From NCBI RefSeq assembly GCF_055900595.2, contig NZ_CM148325.1: 64,000 nucleotides of DNA. One strand, written 5' to 3'. Shown piece after piece: positions 8,628-17,704 of this stretch (the first letter of the stretch is position 1; every line of letters starts with the position of its first letter). A model generated the notes under the pieces. It did no database searches. It was not told the DNA's origin and saw nothing but the letters and a program-made list of their open reading frames with translations. Made by a program: the position numbers and the translations under genes.

Positions 8628-8855
8628 ATGCCAGCTTATGCTAATAAAGGCGGTAATTCGGGTATAGTGTTTTATGAGATTACTCCAGATGCTATCACAG
8701 TACAGTTTAAAGATGGATGGAAATACGTTTACGATTCTACAAAACCAGGGGCTTCAACGGTCTCTAGGATGAAAGAGTTAGCCCAGGCTGGGCATGGGCT
8801 AAATAGTTTTATTAGTAGTGTGGTTAAGAAAAATTTCTCACGTAAATACCTTTAA
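8628..8855 (+). CDS. KTSC-domain-like small protein
   Basis: 75 aa with VFYEITPDAITVQFKDGWKYVY motif; good RBS. Confidence 0.55.
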   Translation: MPAYANKGGNSGIVFYEITPDAITVQFKDGWKYVYDSTKPGASTVSRMKELAQAGHGLNSFISSVVKKNFSRKYL

Positions 8856-9008
8856 TTTTAATTGAGGGTGGGAAGGACTATCACCCTCATAATTCTTCAC
8901 CATTCAATCAAGAGCAATTCAAGGTGATTTGCTCTGTACATAGTCGGTTAGTTAGCACTTCGTAATTTATTGAATAGAAGGCTTTTGGAACAGTATCTTC
9001 ACTCGTGC

Positions 9009-9257
9009 TTATCGCCCAGCAGATTTAGCAAGAATAGTCTCGAGCATTTCTGGTACGTTGCCTTTAGCATTGATAGTTGCTGTTCGGTAAGCTAGTTGAT
9101 TTTTTGAGAGATTGATTCCTGTAAGTGCTTCAATTTCGTTGCAGGCCTTACCCCATTCTACCCAGTTTTCAGACAAAAAAGATTCAAGATGATCCGCAAA
9201 TATAGCAATATCATTAGTAACTGTTGCAGCTGGAATATAGACTATGCGAAAAGCCAT
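9009..9257 (-). CDS. Hypothetical protein (82 aa), possibly Rem-like
   Basis: Clean 82-aa ORF convergent with the KTSC gene; size and position near hok recall Qin rem; no motif recognised. Confidence 0.4.
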   Translation of the reverse strand: MAFRIVYIPAATVTNDIAIFADHLESFLSENWVEWGKACNEIEALTGINLSKNQLAYRTATINAKGNVPEMLETILAKSAGR

Positions 9258-9579
9258 TGGTTGACTACTTCAATGTATCCTGTATCAACAATGAAAATGT
9301 CCGTTCTTCGCTCACAGAATTAGTGCGACAGCTTCGCACCAAGAGCTGACATTGTAATATCCGACAGGCTATTGCCTGTCAGTTAACAGTTACGTGTTAT
9401 AAAAGGTCAGGCGGGATCCTGACTAGGTGTGTTTAAAGAAGTGCTGGTGGTGAGCGGGTGTTGTGTCCAATTTCCACAGAAAAAAATCTGAGAAACTATA
9501 CCCAATAGTTGTATTGAATCACTGACGAGACAGCCTCATATTTATCAGGACTGGTGTACTTCCAATTCAGGAGGTTGTC

Positions 9580-9669
9580 GTGCTGGTTCTCAAATGTGCG
9601 CTAGCTATTGCGGCTGTAATGGCAATTTATTGTCTTGCTGTTGTTCTTACGGATCGCCTTTCTGATTGA
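9580..9669 (+). CDS. Candidate small hydrophobic peptide (29 aa, GTG start)
   Basis: AGGAGG at 9569-9574, 5 nt before GTG; encodes VLVLKCALAIAAVMAIYCLAVVLTDRLSD; absent from the ORF track because of size and GTG start. Confidence 0.35.
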   Translation: MLVLKCALAIAAVMAIYCLAVVLTDRLSD

Positions 9670-9823
9670 TTTTATATTGGCGAGGTGACGTGAGTTAAGT
9701 AGAATTGCTGCGGGTGCTTGAGGCTATCTGCCTCAGGCATGAACACCAACGGCAGATAGAGAAAAGCCCCAGTTAACATTACGCGTCCTGCAAGACGCTT
9801 AACATTAATCTGAGGCCAATTTC

Positions 9824-10036
9824 ATGCTAGACACATGTAGGTTAGCCTCTTACGTGCCGGAAGGCAAGGAGAAGCAGGCTATGAAGCAGCAAAAGGCGAT
9901 GTTAATCGCCCTGATCGTCATCTGTTTAACCGTCATAGTGACGGCACTGGTAACGAGGAAAGACCTCTGCGAGGTACGAATCCGAACCGGCCAGACGGAG
10001 GTCGCTGTCTTCACAGCTTACGAACCTGAGGAGTAA
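9824..10036 (+). CDS. mok: mok-like reading frame overlapping hok
   Basis: 70-aa frame that starts upstream of and reads through hok, as in hok/sok loci. Confidence 0.5.
   Translation: MLDTCRLASYVPEGKEKQAMKQQKAMLIALIVICLTVIVTALVTRKDLCEVRIRTGQTEVAVFTAYEPEE
9881..10036 (+). CDS. hok: Hok/Gef-family type I toxin
   Basis: 51 aa MKQQKAMLIALIVICLTVIVTALVTRKDLCEVRIRTGQTEVAVFTAYEPEE, Hok family (HokD/RelF-like as I recall it). Confidence 0.85.
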   Translation: MKQQKAMLIALIVICLTVIVTALVTRKDLCEVRIRTGQTEVAVFTAYEPEE

Positions 10037-10106
10037 GAGACTAAGCGGGGGAGAAATCCCTCGCCACCTCTGATGAGTCAGGCATCCTCAATGCACCCGC
10101 GCTTAA

Positions 10107-10125
10107 CCCGCTTCGGCGGGTTTTT
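10107..10125 (+). terminator. Rho-independent terminator after hok
   Basis: cccgcttcggcgggttttt. Confidence 0.7.
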
Positions 10126-10140
10126 CTAGCATCTACCTGG

Positions 10141-10170
10141 TTGACAAAGTCGATGTTAAATGGAAATATG
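10141..10170 (+). promoter_or_regulatory. Candidate promoter of the 10203-11959 cassette (TTGACA-N17-AAATAT)
   Basis: Perfect -35 hexamer at 10141-10146, weak -10; a second TTGACA at 10172-10177. Confidence 0.3.
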
Positions 10171-10202
10171 GTTGACACCAAAACAACAAGGATATTACGG
10201 TC

Positions 10203-10817
10203 ATGCAGAATTTATCTCAACAGTTGTTAGAAGCATATGACAAGGAGTGCCGCAAAGAGCTTTCGATCGCGTTAGCACAGGCTTATCTTCATTCGCATAT
10301 GAAGGCAAAAGAGTTTGGTTCTTTTTGGGCTCAAGCACAGTCATATTTGCGCTGGTTTTATGCCGATGCATTGCTTGAGAATGCGGCTAAGCGTGTGGGG
10401 CTGGATTTTGAAGTCGGTAGCAATGCTGCTAAAAATTGTAAACACATTGCGATTCACTCGAACAACTGGAAAATGACGGCACATCATTTATCGGGTAATG
10501 CGCCACTTCCTAAGCAGGCATTGTATAGAGCTGTTTACGCTAATCAAAATTATGAATTGAATTTTGGGGATGAAAATGCCGACTCCCTGGATGGGAGAGC
10601 GTCTGGTGGACATGTTTATATGTTACATGATGGCAGTAATCAGCACTTGTCCAAACTGAATTTAACTGTTCCTTCTTCGGATAATTACGGGATTCTTTAT
10701 ACTGAGTCTTTACCAATTATGACGATGGTAGAAGTTGAAGCAGAAAATGTGGATTCTGAGATTGAAGATAAAATCAAGATTCTTACCGAACAAATAATTA
10801 AATCACAGCAATCATGA
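10203..10817 (+). CDS. Hypothetical protein (204 aa), first gene of a two-gene accessory cassette
   Basis: ORF with AAGGA RBS; no recognisable domain; stop overlaps the start of the next gene (ATGA). Confidence 0.6.
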   Translation: MQNLSQQLLEAYDKECRKELSIALAQAYLHSHMKAKEFGSFWAQAQSYLRWFYADALLENAAKRVGLDFEVGSNAAKNCKHIAIHSNNWKMTAHHLSGNAPLPKQALYRAVYANQNYELNFGDENADSLDGRASGGHVYMLHDGSNQHLSKLNLTVPSSDNYGILYTESLPIMTMVEVEAENVDSEIEDKIKILTEQIIKSQQS

Positions 10818-11959
10818 GCATGAATATCGCACAAACACCATTTACTGATAAATCGTTTAATCCTCGTCGCCTTGAGGAGGCAAGAGAGGCAAAAGGGTTG
10901 ACGATGGCTGAACTTGCCAGAGTGCTCAATATTTCAAGACAAGCTATTTCGTCATTTGAGAAGGGGTTGAAGTCTCCCTCTGCTGATACACTTTCTGCAA
11001 TAGCCAAGGTGTTAGGATTTCCAGAACGATTTTTCTTAGCCTCCAGTGCTTCTCCATCTCTGGAGGGGGCGATTCATTTTAGAAGTCGTTCAACTGCGAC
11101 CAAAAAGGCTCGAGTTACAGGGAAAACACGTGGGCGTTGGGCGGCATTAATATTGGATGAATGTCTAAAATATGCTCAATTACCAGATGTGGTTCTGCCT
11201 GAATTCGATATTATTGATTTTGAGGTTCTGTCTCTATCTGATATTGAGGATATGTCCACCCAATTAAGGCGTTTTTGGGGGTTAGGTGATGGTCCAATAC
11301 TCAATTTAACTAGACTTGTTGAAAATAAAGGAATCGTGGTTTCTCATTTACCTTCTGGTGAGAAAGTTGATGCCTTTTCGTTCTGGCATAATGGGCGGCC
11401 TTTAATTATGTTAGATAGCTCGAAGACGGCTGTTCGCATGCGATTTAGTCTTGCTCATGAACTTGGCCATTTAATTATGCATAGGGCAGTGGAGGATGAC
11501 TACCTGAATGATAAAGAATTATTCGACCTGGTGGAGTTGCAGGCCGATTATTTTGCCTCCAGCTTTTTAATGCCAGCCACCACTTTCGGGCGTGAATTTT
11601 ATAGTCCAAATTTATCAGCGTTAGAACGATTAAAACTACGTTGGATTACATCTATCGGTAGTATTGCCATGAGGAGTCATAGCCTTAAGTTAATCAGCGA
11701 TAATCAGAAAAGCTATATATTTAAGCAATTAGCGCCATTCCATCGTAGGGAGCCGTTAGATGATGCAATCCCAAAAGAAGAGCCTGAGTTACTTAATAAG
11801 TTACTTTTACTTCTTGATAAGCATTCAATCATAAAGGTAACTGAGTTAACTGATATCTTTGCTCTTCCCTTAAATGAGTTATCTGCAATTACACGATTTA
11901 AAGAATCAGATATGATTCATTCTGACAATGTTATTTCATTTACCATAAAACAAAAATAA
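10814..11959 (+). CDS. HTH_XRE - ImmA/IrrE (COG2856, M78-like) zinc metallopeptidase fusion protein
   Basis: N-terminal XRE HTH (LTMAELARVLNISRQAISSFEKG); HEXXH motif HELGHLIMH at 11456-11470 followed by ELQADYFASSFLMP, typical of ImmA/IrrE. Confidence 0.8.
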   Translation: MSMNIAQTPFTDKSFNPRRLEEAREAKGLTMAELARVLNISRQAISSFEKGLKSPSADTLSAIAKVLGFPERFFLASSASPSLEGAIHFRSRSTATKKARVTGKTRGRWAALILDECLKYAQLPDVVLPEFDIIDFEVLSLSDIEDMSTQLRRFWGLGDGPILNLTRLVENKGIVVSHLPSGEKVDAFSFWHNGRPLIMLDSSKTAVRMRFSLAHELGHLIMHRAVEDDYLNDKELFDLVELQADYFASSFLMPATTFGREFYSPNLSALERLKLRWITSIGSIAMRSHSLKLISDNQKSYIFKQLAPFHRREPLDDAIPKEEPELLNKLLLLLDKHSIIKVTELTDIFALPLNELSAITRFKESDMIHSDNVISFTIKQK

Positions 11960-11971
11960 TTCTCATTCATA

Positions 11972-11994
11972 CCCGCCTCGGCGGGTTTTTGTTT
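11972..11994 (+). terminator. Rho-independent terminator after the cassette
   Basis: cccgcctcggcgggtttttgtttt. Confidence 0.7.
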
Positions 11995-12065
11995 TACGTA
12001 TTCTGGTTTACAATCCACAGGCCAGCCTGAACAACTGGCACCTGCTGCGCCAGCAGAGACAACCG

Positions 12066-12344
12066 ATGGCGCACGATACCAAATTACACAATTCTGATGA
12101 TTCTGCCGTCTTTGCCAGCAGGCACGGGCGGCGCTCTCACGCATTTAAATCTGATTGGTACCAGCATCCCCCATGCACTGAAGAACAGGCCGAATGGCTG
12201 ATTCATTCTTACCGCAGGCGCGGGTTCGAGGTTAAGAAAGCTCTCAGTCTCGACTATCGGCACTGGATAATCTCTGTCAGGCTGCCTTATTCCGAACGCC
12301 CACCACGTGCGTCCCGCACTTTCCAGCAACGGATCTGGAGGTAA
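12066..12344 (+). CDS. Hypothetical protein (92 aa), possibly a frame-separated N-terminal piece of the DUF968 gene
   Basis: Protein-like ORF whose 3' end overlaps the DUF968 ORF in another frame. Confidence 0.35.
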   Translation: MAHDTKLHNSDDSAVFASRHGRRSHAFKSDWYQHPPCTEEQAEWLIHSYRRRGFEVKKALSLDYRHWIISVRLPYSERPPRASRTFQQRIWR

Positions 12345-13395
12345 CGTGCGGGTATTACTTAGACCTGTTCTGGTGCCAGAGCTTGGGCTGGTGGTCCTTA
12401 AACTAGGCCGTGAATCCATGCCGGTATTCCACAATACCCGGGTACTGGTGGAGCCGGAACCGAAAAGCATGCGTAATCTGCCGTCCGGGGTCGTTCCTGC
12501 CGTTCGCCAGCCGCTGGTGGAAGACAAAACATTGCTGCCGTTTTTCAGTAACGCACGGGTGATTCGTGCTGCTGGTGGTGCTGGTGCATTGTCTGACTGG
12601 CTGTTGCGCCATATTAAATCCTGCCAGTGGCCGCACGGCGATTATCATCACAGCGAAACCGTCATTCACCGTTATGGTACCGGCGCAATGGTGTTGTGCT
12701 GGCACTGCGACAACCAACTGCGTGACCAGACATCCGAATCACTCGAGCAACTTGCTCATCAAAACCTGTCAGCATGGATGATTGACGTCATCGGTCACGC
12801 AATAAGCGGTACGCAGGAGCGTGAATTATCTCTGGCTGAATTATCCTGGTGGGCGCTCCGCAATCAGGTGGCGGACGCGCTACCGGAAGCGGTATTACGT
12901 CGTTCGCTGGGATTACCAGCGGAAAAAATCTGCTCGGTGTACCGCGAGAGCGACATCGTACCGGGAGAGCAGACCGCCACCAGCATATTGAAACAACGCA
13001 CAAAAAATCTTGCACCGTTGCCTTACGCCCACCAGCAACAAAAACCACCACAGGAAAAGACGGTGGTAAGCATCACCGTTGATCCAGAGTCTCCGGAATC
13101 TTTCATGAAGCTGCCTAAACGTCACCGTTGGGTTAAGGAGAAATACACACGCTGGGTTAAGACACAGCCGTGTGCTTGCTGCGGGATGCCAGCCGACGAT
13201 CCGCATCATCTGATTGGTCACGGGCAGGGCGGAATGGGAACCAAAGCACATGATCTCTTTGTGTTGCCTTTGTGCAGAAAGCATCACGACGAGTTGCATA
13301 CGGATACCGTGGTATTTGAAGAGAAGTATGGCTCCCAACTGGAGCTGATTTTTCGATTTATCGATCGCGCGCTGGCAATTGGTGTGCTGGCCTAA
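12307..13395 (+). CDS. DUF968-family protein with C-terminal HNH-like motif (YdfU-like); start uncertain
   Basis: C-terminal [17 protein letters not shown]...HHDELH zinc-finger/HNH-like motif; located just upstream of Q. Confidence 0.65.
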   Translation: MRPALSSNGSGGNVRVLLRPVLVPELGLVVLKLGRESMPVFHNTRVLVEPEPKSMRNLPSGVVPAVRQPLVEDKTLLPFFSNARVIRAAGGAGALSDWLLRHIKSCQWPHGDYHHSETVIHRYGTGAMVLCWHCDNQLRDQTSESLEQLAHQNLSAWMIDVIGHAISGTQERELSLAELSWWALRNQVADALPEAVLRRSLGLPAEKICSVYRESDIVPGEQTATSILKQRTKNLAPLPYAHQQQKPPQEKTVVSITVDPESPESFMKLPKRHRWVKEKYTRWVKTQPCACCGMPADDPHHLIGHGQGGMGTKAHDLFVLPLCRKHHDELHTDTVVFEEKYGSQLELIFRFIDRALAIGVLA

Positions 13396-13412
13396 TTTTG
13401 TGGAGTAAGTTG

Positions 13413-13790
13413 ATGCGTGATATTCAGATGGTTCTTGAGCGTTGGGGGGCATGGGCGGCTAATAATCATGAAGATGTGACCTGGTCGTCCATTGCCGCTG
13501 GTTTTAAGGGATTAATTCCTTCAAAAGTAAGATCTCGTCCGCAATGCTGTGACGATGACGCGATGATCATTTGTGAATGTATGGCTCGCCTGAGAAAAAA
13601 CAACAGCGATTTACATGGTTTATTGGTGGACTATTATGTCGGCGGCATGACTTTTATGGCGCTTGCACGTAAGCATGGGCGATCTGATTGTTGGGTTGGC
13701 AGGATGCTCCAGAAAGCTGAGGGCGTAGTGGAGGGCATGCTGATGGTATTGGATCTCCGATTGGAGATGGATGCTGATTGTTCGAAATAA
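13413..13790 (+). CDS. Late antiterminator Q (phage 82/21 QuuD type)
   Basis: [31 protein letters not shown]...[16 protein letters not shown] matches the QuuD-like Q family. Confidence 0.85.
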   Translation: MRDIQMVLERWGAWAANNHEDVTWSSIAAGFKGLIPSKVRSRPQCCDDDAMIICECMARLRKNNSDLHGLLVDYYVGGMTFMALARKHGRSDCWVGRMLQKAEGVVEGMLMVLDLRLEMDADCSK

Positions 13791-13889
13791 TTAAAGGAAA
13801 AGTTGCTGTCTGATTGTCATTAGTCTAACATTTTAAATGTTGGAATCGCAACGTAGTTATTATCATATAACAGCTTGTTTCCTGATTTA

Positions 13890-13918
13890 GCCAGCCTCCC
13901 CAAAGGCTGGTTTTTTTC
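13890..13918 (+). terminator. Candidate tR' terminator downstream of Q
   Basis: agccagcctccccaaaggctggttttttt. Confidence 0.6.
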
Positions 13919-13945
13919 TAATAAGTATCATTTCGGGTAGGGATT

Positions 13946-14476
13946 TTATTGTTTAACCCATAATAATTCATTGACATTGAATCCCAACTTTTGAGCGGTT
14001 CGCACATAGTCTGCTTTTACTTTATCTGGAATAGTTGGGGTCCTTGCCAGAATCCATAGGTATTCTCTGTTCGAACCACTAACAAGAGCATACTTATACT
14101 CATCATCCAGTTTGATTACATTATAGCCACCATAGAAGGGGCCAAAAAACGAAACCTTCAACGCTGCAGTTTTAGTATCTCCAGTAAAGTATGCTTTACC
14201 TTCGCTCTCGCTCCATTTATTTTTCGTTGGATCGTATCCACGGTTAAGTACACGAATCCCTCCGTCGTTCCGTTTTCCATAAGTAGCGCTGACCTGCTCC
14301 AGACCACGTTCGAACCGGTTCTCGAGGCGAGCTATTTCATACCATTTTCCGAGGTAGCGGTTGGCGTCAAAATTTGTAATCGGCTGCACACCTTTAGGTG
14401 GTGTCGGGGCCTTACATGCTATAAGAGTGAAAGAGAGTGCAATGCCAGTCAACACAGGCCATAACTTCATAATCAA
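13946..14476 (-). CDS. blc: Bacterial lipocalin Blc-like outer-membrane lipoprotein (moron)
   Basis: Lipobox LIAC; KWYEIARLENRFERGLEQV and FFGPFYGGYNVI motifs match Blc. Confidence 0.85.
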   Translation of the reverse strand: MIMKLWPVLTGIALSFTLIACKAPTPPKGVQPITNFDANRYLGKWYEIARLENRFERGLEQVSATYGKRNDGGIRVLNRGYDPTKNKWSESEGKAYFTGDTKTAALKVSFFGPFYGGYNVIKLDDEYKYALVSGSNREYLWILARTPTIPDKVKADYVRTAQKLGFNVNELLWVKQ

Positions 14477-14662
14477 TCCTGTACTTTTGATAGTTGAGAG
14501 TAAGTATGAAAGATAGATGATTACGACCGATCACTTAAAGAACTTTCATACTATATTAGGAATAGTCCATAACAGAAAAATTGTCAGTGATGACGTCAGA
14601 AAGGCAATTTATTCCGTGCACTACACAGTTTATGTGTTAATGAATTAGTCAAGGGGGAGGAT

Positions 14663-15622
14663 ATGATAAAAAAACCTGTGATTGGAATCAGCGGTTGTTT
14701 GGCCGGTTCTGCTGTTCGTTTTGATGGTGGTCACAAAAGAGCTGACTTTTTAATGGACAAATTAGTGGAATGGGTAACATTCAGACCAGTATGTCCGGAA
14801 ATGGCTATAGGGCTGCCAGTTCCGCGTCCTGCTCTACGTCTTGTGCGCTCGAAGCAAGGAAATATACGGATGTGTTTCAGCCACGACCAGAATGAGGATG
14901 TGACAGAGAGAATGACAGAGTTTAGTCGTTCTTATATGCACAAATTAAAGGATGTATCGGGGTTTGTGGTTTGTGCTAAATCTCCCAGCTGTGGCATGGA
15001 GCGCGTGCGTGTCTATGATGAAAATGGTAATCGAGGTCGTAAAGATGGAGTGGGACTATTTACGAGCACTTTGATGGAAAAGTTTTCCTGGCTACCGGTT
15101 GAAGAGGATGGGCGATTACATGATCCAGTGCTTCGTGAGAATTTTGTTGAAAGAGTTTTTGCTTTGCATGAGCTCAATCACCTTTACAAGGAGAAATTAT
15201 CAAGAAGAGAGTTATTAGCTTTTCATAGTCGTTATAAGCTTCAGTTGTTGGCGCATAGTCAGGCAGGCTATAAAGATATGGGACCATTTGTGGCTGCAAT
15301 ACACGAGTGGGCGGACCTTGAATCATACTTTGAGGTGTATCGTGATAAGCTGATGGCGATTCTCAGAAAACCTGCATCACGTAAAAATCACACGAATGTG
15401 CTGATGCATATACAGGGGTATTTTAGTAATTACTTAAGTACACGCCAGCGTAAAGAGTTGACCGAGGTTATACTTAACTATCGCTTTGGCACATTGCCTC
15501 TTCTTGCGCCGTTGACTCTGCTGAAGCATTATCTGGGTGAGTATCCTAATGATTACTTGCTTACACAGAATTACTTCGATCCCTATCCGGAAGAACTGGC
15601 TCTAAGACTGATGGTGAATTAA
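14663..15622 (+). CDS. DUF523 (TudS-like) / DUF1722 two-domain protein (YbgA family)
   Basis: N-terminal GISGCLAG with further conserved Cys; C-terminal DUF1722-like half. Confidence 0.65.
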   Translation: MIKKPVIGISGCLAGSAVRFDGGHKRADFLMDKLVEWVTFRPVCPEMAIGLPVPRPALRLVRSKQGNIRMCFSHDQNEDVTERMTEFSRSYMHKLKDVSGFVVCAKSPSCGMERVRVYDENGNRGRKDGVGLFTSTLMEKFSWLPVEEDGRLHDPVLRENFVERVFALHELNHLYKEKLSRRELLAFHSRYKLQLLAHSQAGYKDMGPFVAAIHEWADLESYFEVYRDKLMAILRKPASRKNHTNVLMHIQGYFSNYLSTRQRKELTEVILNYRFGTLPLLAPLTLLKHYLGEYPNDYLLTQNYFDPYPEELALRLMVN

Positions 15623-16019
15623 CTGTATGCGATATCATCTGAAAGTGATGAGTTCCTGTATGCAGGATATTTACAATCGTAAAAACTACACTATGATACC
15701 CATAGTGTCAGTTTGTATAAAAATCCTGTTCACGCTGAAGAAAACATTGAGATGCAATTTAATGTTGGTAAACATACCAGCCCCAAAAGATTTTATTCAA
15801 TCTGTTTTTATATGAAGATATTTCAAGTGAATATTAAGAGTATATAATATTATTATTGCACGCAGCTATTATAATATAACAGATTAGTTTAATGATTTGT
15901 TTTTTGTGAGTTAAACACATGGTTTTATAGTTGTGATGCAATGAGATTTTCCTTATTGTTGAACTGGCGAATATTGATTTTCCACCTATACTTACCTGGT
16001 GTAACCCCAGTGATATCAG

Positions 16020-16742
16020 GTGGATAATATGCCATACATATGTTCTGTCATTTTGGTGTTGAACTCGTTTGGTGTCCGAATTGGTAAAGAAGATATTTTG
16101 TTTAAAAAAGGAAGTGCTGTCCTCATCGAATACAATTTAAAAGATCTTTTTTCGTCAAATACAGATCATCTAATGATCGTAGATGTTGAGGAGAAAACAG
16201 TTAATGATTTCTTTAAAAACTACACACTCTCACCTTTTTCTGTAAGAAGGTTTTATCCGTCATACTTGATAGTAGAATGTGAAGATTTTTCATTGTTAAG
16301 GAACTTGGTTGCATGCTTGAATTGTGATAGCAAAACCGTGGATGTAGTTAGAAATCAAATATCACTTGCATGTCTTGCTGTCTTATCTTCAGAGAAAATA
16401 GTGCAAAGTTTTTTGTTCGGAAGTCTTAATAGCTTAGGTTGTAAAGTTAAGGCTATTATTCACTCGGATATCTCAGCGTCATGGAGACTTTGTGATATAT
16501 CTTCAAGATTATATATGAGCGAGAGTTTGTTAAAAAGAAAATTAAAAGACGAAGGATTATCGTTTAGTAAATTAATTCTTGAAGAACGAATGATGATGGC
16601 GCAAAGATTATTGATCTACAGTAACCATACTGTCGGCAAGGTGGCGGGAATATGCGGGTATGACAATGCATCATATTTTGTAAGTGTTTTTAGAGGATAT
16701 TTTGGTGTGCCTCCGCACCAATATTTATCAAGATTTTCTTAG
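16020..16742 (+). CDS. AraC-family transcriptional regulator (AppY/YbcM-like moron)
   Basis: C-terminal AraC HTH (ICGYDNASYFVSVFRGYFGVPPHQY); AT-rich flanks. Confidence 0.8.
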   Translation: MDNMPYICSVILVLNSFGVRIGKEDILFKKGSAVLIEYNLKDLFSSNTDHLMIVDVEEKTVNDFFKNYTLSPFSVRRFYPSYLIVECEDFSLLRNLVACLNCDSKTVDVVRNQISLACLAVLSSEKIVQSFLFGSLNSLGCKVKAIIHSDISASWRLCDISSRLYMSESLLKRKLKDEGLSFSKLILEERMMMAQRLLIYSNHTVGKVAGICGYDNASYFVSVFRGYFGVPPHQYLSRFS

Positions 16743-16932
16743 AAGATATGATGTGATGGCATTTTATAAAGTTATTTTTTGAAGTGTAAGATTATACGAT
16801 ATTTTTAGCTACGCCAGAATAATTGCTGGCGTTTTTCTTTTTGAATAGATGTTCGGGCCTTACGCTAATGTAACTTCTTTCCTTCTTCGAACCAAACCGT
16901 GTACACCATCCGTTATCTGCGGAGGTGAGGCT

Positions 16933-17148
16933 ATGAAATCCATGGATAAGTTAACAACGGGCATCGCCTACAGCACCTCTGCAGGCAGTGCTGGCTACTG
17001 GTTTTTACAGTTGCTCGATAAAGTCACGCCCTCACAGTGGGCGGCAATAGGTGTATTGGGTAGTCTGGTATTTGGCATGCTGACGTATCTGACAAACCTT
17101 TATTTCAAGATTAAAGAAGACAGGCGTAAGGTTGCGAGAAGAGAGTAA
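16933..17148 (+). CDS. Phage 21 S21-type pinholin with dual-start motif
   Basis: [31 protein letters not shown]...IKEDRRK close to S21/EssD; strong RBS GGAGGTGAGG; second ATG at 16942. Confidence 0.85.
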   Translation: MKSMDKLTTGIAYSTSAGSAGYWFLQLLDKVTPSQWAAIGVLGSLVFGMLTYLTNLYFKIKEDRRKVARRE

Positions 17149-17152
17149 TCCA

Positions 17153-17704
17153 ATGACTCAAGACTATGAACTGGTTGTGAAAGGAGTTCGCAATTTTGAG
17201 AATAAAGTGGCGGTAACTGTAGCCTTACGGGACAAAAAACACTTTGACGGTGAAATTTTTGACCTGGACATCTCGCTGGACCGTGTTGAAGGTGCCGCGC
17301 TGGAGTTTTATGAGGCAGCAGCCAGAAGGAGCATCAGACAGGTCTTCCTGGATGTTGCTGCCGGGTTATGTGAAGGGGATGAGCAGTCGCCGGAAAAGCG
17401 CCCCATAATTTTAGAGGCGCAGAATGTGTGGATAACCTACAAAGGAAAGCTACCGGGAAGAATTACTGGTTCTCTGAAGACGCCACCGACGGCATTGCGG
17501 TCAGAAAAAGATGATATTGAATCGCCCATTGAAAAACTGGAGGGCAGCGTCGCTGATCTGAATAAAAAATTGTCGGTGCTGATTCCTTCTGAAGATGAAA
17601 AAAAACGCCGCGATGAGCAGTTTGCGGCGTTTTACGATTATTGCATTGAAGTTACTCGCAGGAATTTTGTGAAGATTTTTGAGGAGGGTAAATCTCTTCA
17701 GTAA
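17153..17704 (+). CDS. YdfR-like (DUF1327) protein with long C-terminal extension
   Basis: MTQDYELVVKGVRNFENKV... matches the YdfR N-terminus as I recall it; about 183 aa here. Confidence 0.6.
   Translation: MTQDYELVVKGVRNFENKVAVTVALRDKKHFDGEIFDLDISLDRVEGAALEFYEAAARRSIRQVFLDVAAGLCEGDEQSPEKRPIILEAQNVWITYKGKLPGRITGSLKTPPTALRSEKDDIESPIEKLEGSVADLNKKLSVLIPSEDEKKRRDEQFAAFYDYCIEVTRRNFVKIFEEGKSLQ

Noticed and set aside
12913-13452. 179-aa minus-strand ORF
   Set aside because: Antisense across the DUF968 and Q genes
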